Origin: Arcobacteraceae bacterium
GTDB lineage: Bacteria > Campylobacterota > Campylobacteria > Campylobacterales > Arcobacteraceae
Reading direction: 5' to 3'
NCBI GenBank assembly: GCA_963662945.1
Contig: OY759974.1
Span: 672,001 to 736,000 of the forward strand
Length of the DNA stretch: 64,000 bases
Shown here: one piece after another, positions 19,916-33,492 of the stretch
Numbering within the stretch: the first letter of the stretch is position 1
Layout: the number at the start of each line of letters is the position of its first letter
Program-made: the position numbers and the translations under genes
Notes under the pieces: generated by a model
What the model saw: only the letters and a program-made list of their open reading frames with translations
Database searches by the model: none
What the model was told of the DNA's origin: nothing

Positions 19916-21116
19916 TTTCTACTCTTAATTGTTTAATTAATTTATCTAAAGTATTATTTAATTCTTTTTTATCATTAGAAGAAACAATAATCATACCATG
20001 TCTATCTGCACCATTTTTTATCTTTCTGAGATAATCCCCTTTTTTAATAAAAAGGTTAACCTTTAAAACATTATTGCTTTTTAAAAGTAAATCAATTCCA
20101 CTAATATTTTTCACAACACCTTCTTTATTATCTGAGAATTGAAAAAACTTCATTAAAACAGGATTATTTAAAACCACTATATTTTCATCAAACTTATAAT
20201 CAATATTCAAACAATCCTTAATATAAAAATCTAAAATATCTATTCCTGTATAGTAAGGAAGAATTATTTCTGATGTATAAACTCCACCCCCCCTATTTGC
20301 CATTTCAGTTAAATAAATATTATCTTCTTCATCTATAATAAATTCACCATGAATGAATCCAAAATCAAATCCTAAGCTACGTGCAACAAATTCAGCATTC
20401 TTCAAAGCTTTTTTGTACATCACTTCTGTAAGATTTGCTGGATAAGTTATCTCTTCATCTATAATATATCCTTTCTCTTTTAACTTACCCTTAGTTGCTA
20501 CGGCTAATGCTCTTACATCATTATTTTTAAATTTATATCCATCTACGGTAATATGAGTACCTTCAATAAATCGTTCAATTATTACAAGTCTTGAATGAGA
20601 GTTTATTAATGAGTCATAAAATGCATTTTCAATATCATCATTATTATTAATTCTATTTACACCAAAACTTCCTCTATTATCAACAGGTTTTATAATTAAT
20701 GGATAACCATATTCTCTAACAAACTCTTTTACATCTTCTATTGATGTACATAACTTAAATTCAGGTATTAAAACAGCTTTTTTCTTTGCTTCTGTTCGCT
20801 GTAGATATTTATTTGAAGAAAGTTGTGCATTTTTAATTTTAGGACCAGCTAAATTAAATTTATCTGCTATTATAGACTGTGCAAATTGGCTGTAATCACA
20901 CTCATCCGATATTACTGCATCTGGCTTAATTATGTGTGCAAAATCTATAATACTTTCTAAATCTCTAATATCTGTAATTAATACATCTTTATATTTAGGC
21001 TTTTTATAATAATTTTTATTATAATGAACACCATATATTTCAACTTCATATTCACTTAACTTATCTAATAAAGGTTCTTGCTCCCACCCTAGGTTTATTA
21101 CTAATATTCGTTTCAT
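19908..21116 (-). CDS. ATP-grasp domain protein (putative amide ligase)
   Basis: YPLIIKPVDNRGSFGV, IERFIEG, HGEF...LTEMANRGGG. Confidence 0.85.
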   Translation of the reverse strand: MKRILVINLGWEQEPLLDKLSEYEVEIYGVHYNKNYYKKPKYKDVLITDIRDLESIIDFAHIIKPDAVISDECDYSQFAQSIIADKFNLAGPKIKNAQLSSNKYLQRTEAKKKAVLIPEFKLCTSIEDVKEFVREYGYPLIIKPVDNRGSFGVNRINNNDDIENAFYDSLINSHSRLVIIERFIEGTHITVDGYKFKNNDVRALAVATKGKLKEKGYIIDEEITYPANLTEVMYKKALKNAEFVARSLGFDFGFIHGEFIIDEEDNIYLTEMANRGGGVYTSEIILPYYTGIDILDFYIKDCLNIDYKFDENIVVLNNPVLMKFFQFSDNKEGVVKNISGIDLLLKSNNVLKVNLFIKKGDYLRKIKNGADRHGMIIVSSNDKKELNNTLDKLIKQLRVEIE

Positions 21117-22123
21117 TAATTTTTTCCTTTTATTTTAGACCAAGTTAATAACTGACCCTTTGTAAGTTTACAAGAAGTTTGCATATTTTTTATTATAAAG
21201 TCTAAATCTCTACAATCTATCCCTTGAGGGTGACGTTTATATTCAAAATCATCAAGACAGAACGATTCATTCTCATTTTTATCTTTTTTTAATATCAATC
21301 TATAAAGAATATTCTCTTTAAAACTTTTTTCTTCTGTTTCCAGTTCCGTTCTGTCTTTTCTTTCAAGAGCAGATTCAATTGCTCTTATACCCTTTACCAT
21401 ATTTCTAAATTGGTCGGGTAATATAGAAATTGAAGCATCTGGTATAGGAAGGTTTTTATCGGTAGTAAAGTGACGCTCAATAATTTTAGCACCTAACGTA
21501 ACAGCAGATAAAGAAGCATAGATCCCTTCAGTATGATCAGAGTACCCGACTGTCTTATTGAACATACTTTTATAAACCTCTATTAAATGTAAATTAGCTT
21601 TTTCATACGGAGTTGGGTATAAACTATTACAATGAAATATCGCAAAGTTATCATGGTTATAGTTATTGAACATTTTAACTACCTTTTCTAAATCACTGTA
21701 TGATACAATTCCTGTTGATAGCAGAGTTGGTTTTTTTAGTTTTATAACTGCATCAATTAGCTGAGGAAATGTTCCTATTTGTGCAGAAGCAAGCTTATAG
21801 ATTTCAACATTTAATTTTTCAAGTAAATCAATAGCTTTTAAATATGTTGGCGAAGAATGAAAAAGAATATCCACTTTATCACAATAGTCTTTTAAGTCAT
21901 AATGCCATTTTTCATCAAGATCAATTTTTTTATGTAGTTCTTTAATCTTTTCATTTGGTGAAAAATATAATTCATTCACATTTATAGATTGAAATTTTAC
22001 TGCATCAGCTCCTGATTCTTTTGCTGCTAAGATCATCTCTTTTGCCAGACTAAGGTCTTGATTATGATTTGAACCAATTTCAGCTATTATATATGTTTTT
22101 TCAAGTTTATTAAAATTAATCAT
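21116..22123 (-). CDS. NeuB-family nonulosonic acid synthase (PseI function by context)
   Basis: IIAEIGSNHNQD, ADAVKFQ, HCNSLYPTP, GYSDHT, IERHFT, C-terminal SAF-like domain. Confidence 0.85.
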   Translation of the reverse strand: MINFNKLEKTYIIAEIGSNHNQDLSLAKEMILAAKESGADAVKFQSINVNELYFSPNEKIKELHKKIDLDEKWHYDLKDYCDKVDILFHSSPTYLKAIDLLEKLNVEIYKLASAQIGTFPQLIDAVIKLKKPTLLSTGIVSYSDLEKVVKMFNNYNHDNFAIFHCNSLYPTPYEKANLHLIEVYKSMFNKTVGYSDHTEGIYASLSAVTLGAKIIERHFTTDKNLPIPDASISILPDQFRNMVKGIRAIESALERKDRTELETEEKSFKENILYRLILKKDKNENESFCLDDFEYKRHPQGIDCRDLDFIIKNMQTSCKLTKGQLLTWSKIKGKN

Positions 22124-23057
22124 TTTTAACCTTTTCTAGTTTAAGTTTATAGTTTTTTAAATTCTTTGATAGTCTAAGAATACTCTTTTGAAGTTTTTTC
22201 CTATTAAATCTTTCCATAGTTATCAATTTATTATTTTTAAAATAATTGTATATTTCTATTTGATCTTTTCCTGTTAATATAGAGACAAATGGAAGCCCCA
22301 TATAAATCACTTCATGAGATATTACACTTGGCGATATTATAGCAAAATCACATTGATTCATAATATTTGCTATATTATTTGAATCAATATGCAATTTTAT
22401 ATATTTTTTGTTGGAAACATACTTTTGAATCTTTTTCAAGTTTTTATTTGATGATGTTGTAACGATATTTATCTTATACATACAAGAGATTGATTTTAAT
22501 ATATCTAAGACGATATTTGCATGGTCACTTCCTCCCATTGCAATAAAAATTAATTTTTTATTTTGTTTGATTCTTTTTTTCTTTCTCTCTTTTGCTTTTA
22601 AAAATTCATCTCTAATTAAAGTAAACTTACTTCCACATCTAATTTCACATCCTTTTGGAACCAACTTCTCATATCTTTTTTCATCAGCATTAATGTTATG
22701 ATTTAATAAAATATCACAATAATGCCTTTTATACATATCATCAAAGCTTAGAATTTTTAATGATATGTTTTGTGTTTTTAATTCTTTTTCTTGAATATAA
22801 TCTATATCATAATGATCAATGATCAATAAATTTATATGTAATTTTTTAATCAATTTATCAATTTCTTTTATATCATTACTTTTTAGTAGTTCTATTTTAA
22901 ATCCAGCTTCATCTATCTTATAATTTATATTACCATCTAATTCTTGAGTCGCAAAAACTATATTTGCTTTTGGATACTGATTTGCAAGGACTAGATCTCT
23001 CATTATATGTCCCATACCTATGAGGGAAGATGAATCGGCTCGAAATAAAATATTCAT
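22116..23057 (-). CDS. pseG: UDP-2,4-diacylamido-2,4,6-trideoxy-beta-L-altrose hydrolase
   Basis: FRADSSSLIGMGHIMRDLVLA, IIDHY, MGGSD; no fused GNAT domain. Confidence 0.9.
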   Translation of the reverse strand: MNILFRADSSSLIGMGHIMRDLVLANQYPKANIVFATQELDGNINYKIDEAGFKIELLKSNDIKEIDKLIKKLHINLLIIDHYDIDYIQEKELKTQNISLKILSFDDMYKRHYCDILLNHNINADEKRYEKLVPKGCEIRCGSKFTLIRDEFLKAKERKKKRIKQNKKLIFIAMGGSDHANIVLDILKSISCMYKINIVTTSSNKNLKKIQKYVSNKKYIKLHIDSNNIANIMNQCDFAIISPSVISHEVIYMGLPFVSILTGKDQIEIYNYFKNNKLITMERFNRKKLQKSILRLSKNLKNYKLKLEKVKND

Positions 23058-23773
23058 TATTTAACTTCACCACTATTTTTTAAAGCTTGATACATATACT
23101 CTGCTCTTATCCAATCTTCTAGGGTATCTATGTCTTGTACCAAATGTCTTGGAAGTATTATAGGTATACTTATACCACTAAATATTACTTGATTGTTACT
23201 ATTCTTTTGTCTTCTTCTATTAGTCCAGTAAAACTGTCCTGCATCTTGATAGGCTTCTTCCAAATCTTGACTTCTACTCATATAGTATTCAGGGGTAAAC
23301 ATCTCACACCTGCCATTTTGATCTAACTTAAAAGTTCTTTGAATAGGAAATGGCATTGATGTAGCACTAAAAGCATTTACAGCATCACTATTTTTTAATT
23401 CTTCATAACCTTCTATTAAATACTTTTTTTGAAGTAATGGAGCCGTTGCATATATTGTGCATACATAATCATACTCTTCTCCTTGATGCTCGAGGTAGCT
23501 GATAGCATGGTTTACAACTTCATTAGTACCTGTAAAATCATCGCTAAGTTGTGCTGGTCTTACAAATGGAACCTCAGCACCATATTTTTTAGAAATTTCA
23601 GCAATTTGTTCATCATCAGTTGAGACAATTATTTTATCAAATATTTGCGAAGCTATTGCAACTTCTATACTATATGAGATTAGAGGTTTACCAAAAAATG
23701 ATTTTATATTCTTTTGAGGTATTCTTTTACTTCCGCCACGTGCGGGAATAATTGCAATTGCATTTTTTTTCAT
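23057..23773 (-). CDS. pseF: Pseudaminic acid cytidylyltransferase
   Basis: IIPARGGSKRIPQKNIK, IYATAP, RSQDLEEAYQDAGQFYW, VQDIDTLEDW. Confidence 0.92.
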   Translation of the reverse strand: MKKNAIAIIPARGGSKRIPQKNIKSFFGKPLISYSIEVAIASQIFDKIIVSTDDEQIAEISKKYGAEVPFVRPAQLSDDFTGTNEVVNHAISYLEHQGEEYDYVCTIYATAPLLQKKYLIEGYEELKNSDAVNAFSATSMPFPIQRTFKLDQNGRCEMFTPEYYMSRSQDLEEAYQDAGQFYWTNRRRQKNSNNQVIFSGISIPIILPRHLVQDIDTLEDWIRAEYMYQALKNSGEVK

Positions 23774-24901
23774 TTAATTTAAAATCTCCAATAATGTTTT
23801 TATGGTATATATTTGTTCTTCATTGCTTAAAGATGAATACATAGGAAGAGAAAAACACTCTTCATAATATTTATCCATAACAGGAGTATATTCCATTCCA
23901 TAGCCTAATTTTTTATAATATGGCTGTTTATTAATAGGAATATAATGCAATTGAATTCCTATATCTTTTTCTTTTAATTTATTAAATAATTCAACTTTAT
24001 TTATTGCTAATTTTGTAAAGTCCACTTGTACAACATAAAGATGATAAGAGGATTTCCCATCGTTAAATGTGTATAATGGCTTTACTATAGTATTCTTAAA
24101 TGCTTCATCATAAACTTTTGCAATTTCAAACCTTCTTATAATAAAATCATCTAATTTAGATAATTGCGATAAGCCCAAAGCACATTGTATATCAGTAATA
24201 CGATAGTTGTATCCTAACTCTTGCATTTCATATTCCCAAGGTTTCATATCAGCACTTTTAACAATTCCATGACTTCTAAGAGAAAGAAGTTTTGTATATA
24301 TTTCCTGAGAATTTGTTGTAATAGCTCCACCTTCTGCTGTAGTAATATGTTTCACTGGATGAAATGAAAATATACTGCAATCACTATTTAAACAACTTCC
24401 TGCTTTTACTTCATTATATTTTGCTCCAATTGCATGTGCACAATCTTCTAAAATAAGAACATTATAAGTATTTTTTAAATATCTAAGTTTTTGCTGATTT
24501 AGCATATTACCACTAAATGCAACTCCATAAATCGCTTTAATGGAACTATCTTTTTTTAATTCTTCTTCACATAAATCTAAATTAATATTTCCATCTTCTG
24601 CAATATCCACAAAAACTGGTTTAGCTCCCACATAAAGAATACTATTCGATGTAGCTAAAAAAGAGTTTGGAGTGGTGAGAACTTTATCATTTTTATTAAG
24701 TAAGCATAGTGAAGCTAAATGAAGTGCAGCTGTTCCATTTGCTACAGCTACAGCATATTTTGAACCACAATAATTACTTAAAGCATTTTCAAACTCTTCA
24801 ATCTTAGGACCTGTTGTAAGATAATCTGACTTTAAAGTTTCTACTACAATATCAATATCATTTTTATCTATAAATTGTTTACCATAAGGAATAAATTTCA
24901 T
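23774..24901 (-). CDS. pseC: UDP-4-amino-4,6-dideoxy-L-AltNAc transaminase
   Basis: IPYGKQ, LTTGP, FSFHPVKHITTAEGG, LGYNYR. Confidence 0.92.
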   Translation of the reverse strand: MKFIPYGKQFIDKNDIDIVVETLKSDYLTTGPKIEEFENALSNYCGSKYAVAVANGTAALHLASLCLLNKNDKVLTTPNSFLATSNSILYVGAKPVFVDIAEDGNINLDLCEEELKKDSSIKAIYGVAFSGNMLNQQKLRYLKNTYNVLILEDCAHAIGAKYNEVKAGSCLNSDCSIFSFHPVKHITTAEGGAITTNSQEIYTKLLSLRSHGIVKSADMKPWEYEMQELGYNYRITDIQCALGLSQLSKLDDFIIRRFEIAKVYDEAFKNTIVKPLYTFNDGKSSYHLYVVQVDFTKLAINKVELFNKLKEKDIGIQLHYIPINKQPYYKKLGYGMEYTPVMDKYYEECFSLPMYSSLSNEEQIYTIKTLLEILN

Positions 24902-24905
24902 ATTA

Positions 24906-27573
<2,668 letters not shown>

Positions 27574-28818
27574 TTACAATCTTCCATCAGCATTATCCAC
27601 AATAGATTTTATATCATAAATAATTTGGTTATTATTGCAAAATTTTAATTTTTTATATTTATCATGACTTACAGCTAAAACAATGGCGTCATAATCATCA
27701 AAAGAAACTTCTTCAATTAATTTTAATCGATATTCATGTAAGACTTCATCTTTATCTGCCCAGTAATCACTTACATCCACATTACATCCAAATTCTTGTA
27801 ATTCTTGGATCACATCTATTACTCTAGAGTTTCTTATATCCGGACAATTCTCTTTAAATGTTATCCCAAGTACAAGTACTTTTGAACCTTCTATTTTATG
27901 CCCTTTTTTAATCATAAGTTTTATCACTTGATTTGCTACATAAATACCCATATTATCATTAAGTCTTCTTCCAGCTAATATAATTTCTGGGTTGTATCCT
28001 ACTTCTTGGGCTTTATGTGTAAGATAGTATGGATCGACTCCTATACAATGTCCTCCAACAAGCCCTGGTCTAAATGGTAAAAAATTCCATTTTGTTCCTG
28101 CTGCTTCTAAGACTGCATTTGTATCAATATTCAATTTATTAAAAATCATAGCAAGTTCATTTACAAAAGCAATATTAATATCCCTTTGTGAGTTTTCTAT
28201 TACTTTCGCAGCTTCTGCAACTTTAATTGTCGGAGCTAGATGAGTACCTGCAATGATAATACTCGCATACAATTCATTTACTTTCTTTCCAATTGCAGGA
28301 GTAGAACCACTTGTAACTTTTAAAATTTTAGTGACTGTGTGTTCTTTATCTCCTGGATTTATTCTCTCTGGGCTATATCCACAAAAAAAGTCTTTATTAA
28401 ACTTTAAACCACTGAATTTTTCTAATACTGGAACACAATCTTCTTCTGTTGCACCAGGATATACTGTAGATTCATAAATAACAATATCATCTTTTTTCAA
28501 AACTTTTCCAATTGTTTCACTTGCCTTTATGAGAGGCGTTAAATCTGGTTTTTTATGTTTATCTATAGGAGTTGGAACTGTTACTATATAAATATTACAA
28601 TCTTTGATATCATCAGTATTTAAAGTAAATTTCATTTTATTGTTTAATGCTTCTTTAACTTGTGCTTCACTTAACTCTAAAGTTCTATCATATCCTTGAT
28701 TTAACTCATCTATTCTCCATGATGATATATCAAAACCAATTACTTCATACTTTGAACTAAACGCATGTGCTAATGGTAATCCAACATATCCTAAACCTAT
28801 TACACAAATTTTATCCAT
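27574..28818 (-). CDS. UDP-HexNAc 6-dehydrogenase (TviB/WbpO family)
   Basis: [48 protein letters not shown]. Confidence 0.92.
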   Translation of the reverse strand: MDKICVIGLGYVGLPLAHAFSSKYEVIGFDISSWRIDELNQGYDRTLELSEAQVKEALNNKMKFTLNTDDIKDCNIYIVTVPTPIDKHKKPDLTPLIKASETIGKVLKKDDIVIYESTVYPGATEEDCVPVLEKFSGLKFNKDFFCGYSPERINPGDKEHTVTKILKVTSGSTPAIGKKVNELYASIIIAGTHLAPTIKVAEAAKVIENSQRDINIAFVNELAMIFNKLNIDTNAVLEAAGTKWNFLPFRPGLVGGHCIGVDPYYLTHKAQEVGYNPEIILAGRRLNDNMGIYVANQVIKLMIKKGHKIEGSKVLVLGITFKENCPDIRNSRVIDVIQELQEFGCNVDVSDYWADKDEVLHEYRLKLIEEVSFDDYDAIVLAVSHDKYKKLKFCNNNQIIYDIKSIVDNADGRL

Positions 28819-29863
28819 TTATTTTATTTCCCTCTTTATCATAATTAAAAAATTCTAAATACCACTCTACAAACTTATTAATACCTTCTTGAACAGGTGT
28901 TGCTGGCTTATAATCCAACTCCTCAACCAAATCTGTCACATCAGCGTATGTAGCTGGTACATCTCCAGCTTGCAATGGCATCATATTTTTTTCTATAGTT
29001 CGTCCCAATTTATTTTCAATAGCAGTTATAAAGTCCATAAGTTTTACAGGATTATTATTCCCAATATTATAAATTTTATATGGTGGAATATTGGTTCTTG
29101 GATTGTCAATCACACGAACTATACCTTCAACTATATCATCAATGTAAGTAAAATCTCTTAACATCTCACCATTATTAAATACATCAATCGCTTTTCCTTC
29201 AAGAGCAGCTTTGGTAAATAAAAATAAAGCCATATCTGGTCTTCCCCATGGTCCATAAACTGTAAAAAAACGTAATCCAGTTGTTGATATACCAAAAAGA
29301 TGACTATAAGTATGAGCCATAAGTTCATTTGACTTTTTACTTGCTGCATAAAGAGAAATTGGATGATCTACATTATCACTTGTACTAAAAGGAAGTTTTG
29401 TATTTGAACCATATACACTTGAACTACTTGCATAAGATAAATTCTTCACATTATGATGTCTACATGATTCTAGGATATTCATAAATCCTATAATATTACT
29501 TCCCATATAAGCATCTGGATTTGTTAAACTATATCTTACACCTGCCTGTGCTGCAAGATTACATACTGCATCAAATTTTTCAGATTCAAATAGCTTAAAC
29601 ATAGCTTCTTTATCTTCAAGATTTAACTTAATAAATTTATAATTTGAATTATTTTTAGAGATTAAAAGTTTTCCATAAGGGATATTTTTTCCTTCTTCTA
29701 ATGACTGAATAATACCACCTCTTTGTAATCTTCCATATTTTACATTTTGATCATAATAGTCATTAATATTGTCTAATCCCACTACCTCATCACCTCTTTC
29801 GAGTAATTTTTGAGCAAGGTGACTACCTATAAATCCAGCTGTTCCTGTTATCAATATTTTCAA
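28811..29863 (-). CDS. UDP-glucuronate 4-epimerase-like (CapI family)
   Basis: [38 protein letters not shown]. Confidence 0.9.
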   Translation of the reverse strand: MKILITGTAGFIGSHLAQKLLERGDEVVGLDNINDYYDQNVKYGRLQRGGIIQSLEEGKNIPYGKLLISKNNSNYKFIKLNLEDKEAMFKLFESEKFDAVCNLAAQAGVRYSLTNPDAYMGSNIIGFMNILESCRHHNVKNLSYASSSSVYGSNTKLPFSTSDNVDHPISLYAASKKSNELMAHTYSHLFGISTTGLRFFTVYGPWGRPDMALFLFTKAALEGKAIDVFNNGEMLRDFTYIDDIVEGIVRVIDNPRTNIPPYKIYNIGNNNPVKLMDFITAIENKLGRTIEKNMMPLQAGDVPATYADVTDLVEELDYKPATPVQEGINKFVEWYLEFFNYDKEGNKING

Positions 29864-29875
29864 ATTAATCTCCCT

Positions 29876-31045
29876 TTAACTATCACTATTAAAGATATCT
29901 CTTGTGTATACTTTTTCTTTAACATCTAATATATTTTCACTTAATCTATTTGCAACTATTACATCACTTATTTTTTTAAATTCATCTAAATCTCTTATCA
30001 CTCTTGAATGAAAAAATTCTTTCTCATGTAAAACAGGTTCATATATAACTACTTCAATACCTTTAGCTTTTATTCGTTTCATAATTCCTTGTATAGCTGA
30101 ACTTCTAAAGTTATCACTACCCTCTTTCATAATAAGTCTATAAACTCCAACAATCTTTGGTTTTTTTGCGATAATACTATCTGCTATAAAATCTTTTCTA
30201 GTACTATTGGATTTTACAATTGCTTCTATTAAATTTGATGGTACATCTTTATAGTTAGCTAAAAGCTGTTTAGTATCTTTGGGTAAACAATATCCACCGT
30301 AACCAAAACTTGGATTATTATAATGTGTTCCAATTCGAGGGTCTAATCCTACTCCTTCAATTATTTGTTGCGTATCCAGTCCATGTGATTGAGCATAAGA
30401 ATCAAGCTCATTAAAATATGCAACTCTCATAGCCAAATATGTGTTTGCAAAAAGTTTAATTGCTTCTGCTTCTGTTGAATCAGTAAAAAGAATATCTATA
30501 TTTTCTTTTTTTGCACCTTGTAGCAAAAGGTTTGCAAAAATTTCTGCACGTTTACTCTTTTCACCAACTATAATTCTACTTGGATAAAGATTGTCATATA
30601 ATGCTTTACCTTCTCGTAAAAACTCTGGACTAAAAATTATATTATCAACCTGAAACTGTTCTTTTAATTTCTGTGTGTATCCTACTGGTATCGTTGATTT
30701 AATCACCATTACTGCATTTGGATTTATCGCTAACACATCAGAGATAACATATTCTATTGATTTTGTATTAAAATAGTTTGTTTCTGGATCATAATCTGTG
30801 GGAGTTGCAATAATCACATAATCTGTATTTAAATATGCTTCTTTTTTATCAAGTGTTGCTTTAAAATTTAGTGTTTCTTTTTGTAAATATTCTTTTATCT
30901 CTTTATCTTCAATTGGAGATATTTTTTTATTAATCATTTCAACTTTTTGGGGAATAATATCTAAGGCTATTACCTCATTATATTGAGAAAGTAAAATACC
31001 ATTTGACAATCCAACATATCCTGTCCCTGCTATTGCTATTTTCAA
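29876..31045 (-). CDS. ugd: UDP-glucose 6-dehydrogenase
   Basis: [30 protein letters not shown]. Confidence 0.95.
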   Translation of the reverse strand: MKIAIAGTGYVGLSNGILLSQYNEVIALDIIPQKVEMINKKISPIEDKEIKEYLQKETLNFKATLDKKEAYLNTDYVIIATPTDYDPETNYFNTKSIEYVISDVLAINPNAVMVIKSTIPVGYTQKLKEQFQVDNIIFSPEFLREGKALYDNLYPSRIIVGEKSKRAEIFANLLLQGAKKENIDILFTDSTEAEAIKLFANTYLAMRVAYFNELDSYAQSHGLDTQQIIEGVGLDPRIGTHYNNPSFGYGGYCLPKDTKQLLANYKDVPSNLIEAIVKSNSTRKDFIADSIIAKKPKIVGVYRLIMKEGSDNFRSSAIQGIMKRIKAKGIEVVIYEPVLHEKEFFHSRVIRDLDEFKKISDVIVANRLSENILDVKEKVYTRDIFNSDS

Positions 31046-31194
31046 TTAATTAGCCTTTATATAGTTATTCTTATTTATTGAATATGATTGTACTCTCTTT
31101 TTACTTTTAACCCAATTAGATATAACCTTTTTCATTAAGCTAAAATTTTCCTTAAATAAATTACAATATATTTTTAACTTGTAAGGTATGTGCT

Positions 31195-31446
31195 ATGGAT
31201 GATTATAACTTTATCTTGGGTGATGATGCTATTGATTTAAATATATTAGACACTCACGACTATACCTTATTTGAAAAAGAAAAAAAAGAACAAGAAGAGC
31301 TTGTACTTAAAACTATTCGTGAAGATTATGTGGCATTTTTAAGAGAGTACTATGAGGCTGATGAAAAACTTTTTGATATGGTTGAGGAACTTTTAGAAGA
31401 ATCTGAAGATCAAGAAAAACTGATGCAGATATTAAATAGCTTATAA
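31195..31446 (+). CDS. Small acidic hypothetical protein
   Basis: 83-aa ORF with an AAGG RBS, divergent from ugd. Confidence 0.6.
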   Translation: MDDYNFILGDDAIDLNILDTHDYTLFEKEKKEQEELVLKTIREDYVAFLREYYEADEKLFDMVEELLEESEDQEKLMQILNSL

Positions 31447-31451
31447 TAAAA

Positions 31452-33428
31452 CTAACGTAACTTTAACTCTTCAGGTTTCCCAAAATAATATCCTTGAGAG
31501 TAATCAACTCCCAAATCTTTTAAATAATCAAATATCTCTTTTGTTTCAACAAACTCTGCTATTGTTTGTATATTTTGTTTTTTGGCAAAAGTTACTATAG
31601 TTTCAACTATATTTCGACTATATTCATCGTGTACAATATTTTTAATTATACTTCCATCAATTTTTAAGATGTCTGGTTCAAATTTTAACAACCTCTCAAA
31701 ATTAGAATAACCCGCACCAAAATCATCAATAGCTATTGAAACTCCTTGAGCTTTTACTATTTTAACAAAACTAATAATATTATCAAAATCTTTAATATTT
31801 TCATCTTCTAAAAGTTCGAATACTATTCGTTGCTTATCATCCTTATACTCTTCAAGCAACTGATATATTTTATCTCTTGTTGCTTCTTTTTCAATATCTA
31901 TTGTTGATAGATTAATAGAAAGCTTTGTTGTGATAACTTTTAACATTTTAAAGGAATTTTCTAAAACTCTATCTGTGATTTTATTATAATATATCCCTTT
32001 TTTCGATATATGTAAAAATTCATATGGAGTAAGTATTCTTCCATCTTCATCCACAAGCCTAACTAAGGATTCATATTTTTCTATCTCTTGTGTTCTATTA
32101 TTTATTATTGGTTGAAAATAAGAAATTATATTATAATTATCTAATGCAATTTTAACCATTTTTATTACATCTAAATTTTTCTTTGCCTCTTTTTGATGTC
32201 TAATTGAAAAATCATTTGAATGGCATATAATCATATTTTTATCAATTACTTCATCAAGTCCTGCTTTTGCGTCTTCATATAACATATGTTTACCAAACGC
32301 ATAACTTAACGAAATATTTATATCATATTCGATTCCATCAATATCTAATATTGATTGTTTAACATTATTAACAAACTCTTTTAAATAAGTGTCAATCTGT
32401 ACATTTGCTTTCATAAAATAGTCAAGGTCAGTTAATAATGCATAACGCCCATTATCAAGATTATATACATTATCGAATTTGTAATCTGTTGGAAGGTAAG
32501 ACAAAAGTTTAAATCCAAACATTTTTTCTATCTTGTCTATAGTAGTGAGATTATAAAACTTTTCAAGCATCTCAAATTCTTCTATATGTACTAAAATCAG
32601 TAATGATAAAATATTTGATTCTATTTTATCGAAGAAATGTTTTTTATCACTAAGAATTGCACTGATATTTTGTCTCAATGCAATATATTCTACAATCTCC
32701 CCTTCTTGATTTAAAATAGGTGTAATTACAGATTTGACATAATAAGACTCACCATTTTTACTAATATTTCGTAAAATTCCACTCCATTGTTTTTTTTGGA
32801 TTCTAATAGTGTCCCAAAGTTCTTTGAAAATCTCTTTAGGTGTATCTGGGTGGCGAATTATATTATGATTTTTCCCTAAAAGTTCATTTTTTGTATAGCC
32901 TGAAACTTTACAAAAATTATCATTTGCATAAGTGATTTTTCCAGAGATATCGGTTTTTGAGATAATTGAACTTTTATCAGTAATATCTTGATATTGTTTG
33001 AGAAGATTGATATTTTCTTTGTTATTTTCGTACTCTTCACCAACTTGATATCGCGCTTCTAATTTATTTATATGGTTTAAAAAATCTTGATTATCAATAG
33101 GAGGCATATAATACCCATCAATACCTAATTCAATACTCTTAACCAGAGTATCATATTTTTGATCTTTAGAGAGAATAAGAATAATTATAAAAGGTCTTTT
33201 TTTTCTTATTTTTTGAATAAGTTCGAATTTTTCATCATAATTATTTTCTAACTCAATTAAAACTAAATCAATATAATTTTTATCAAACTTCTTTAATCCT
33301 TCTTGAACATTATGTGCCAATATTACAGAACCAAAATACTCCATTAGCCAATCATCATAGGAGTGTGTTCCATCTTTAATGAACAATAATGTTAAACGTT
33401 TAGCAAATTTACTTGATTTAATATTCAT
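31452..33428 (-). CDS. Pseudo-receiver/PAS/degenerate GGDEF/EAL c-di-GMP phosphodiesterase
   Basis: REC-like N-terminus; PAS ITYANDNFCKVSGY...RHPD; ESLVR, DDFGAGYSN, KIDG, AEFVE, QGYY. Confidence 0.88.
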   Translation of the reverse strand: MNIKSSKFAKRLTLLFIKDGTHSYDDWLMEYFGSVILAHNVQEGLKKFDKNYIDLVLIELENNYDEKFELIQKIRKKRPFIIILILSKDQKYDTLVKSIELGIDGYYMPPIDNQDFLNHINKLEARYQVGEEYENNKENINLLKQYQDITDKSSIISKTDISGKITYANDNFCKVSGYTKNELLGKNHNIIRHPDTPKEIFKELWDTIRIQKKQWSGILRNISKNGESYYVKSVITPILNQEGEIVEYIALRQNISAILSDKKHFFDKIESNILSLLILVHIEEFEMLEKFYNLTTIDKIEKMFGFKLLSYLPTDYKFDNVYNLDNGRYALLTDLDYFMKANVQIDTYLKEFVNNVKQSILDIDGIEYDINISLSYAFGKHMLYEDAKAGLDEVIDKNMIICHSNDFSIRHQKEAKKNLDVIKMVKIALDNYNIISYFQPIINNRTQEIEKYESLVRLVDEDGRILTPYEFLHISKKGIYYNKITDRVLENSFKMLKVITTKLSINLSTIDIEKEATRDKIYQLLEEYKDDKQRIVFELLEDENIKDFDNIISFVKIVKAQGVSIAIDDFGAGYSNFERLLKFEPDILKIDGSIIKNIVHDEYSRNIVETIVTFAKKQNIQTIAEFVETKEIFDYLKDLGVDYSQGYYFGKPEELKLR

Positions 33429-33492
33429 AATATAAAATTATACTATAATAACATTAAAATTGAATACTGAGATTTTTCCATTAAGGTTGATT

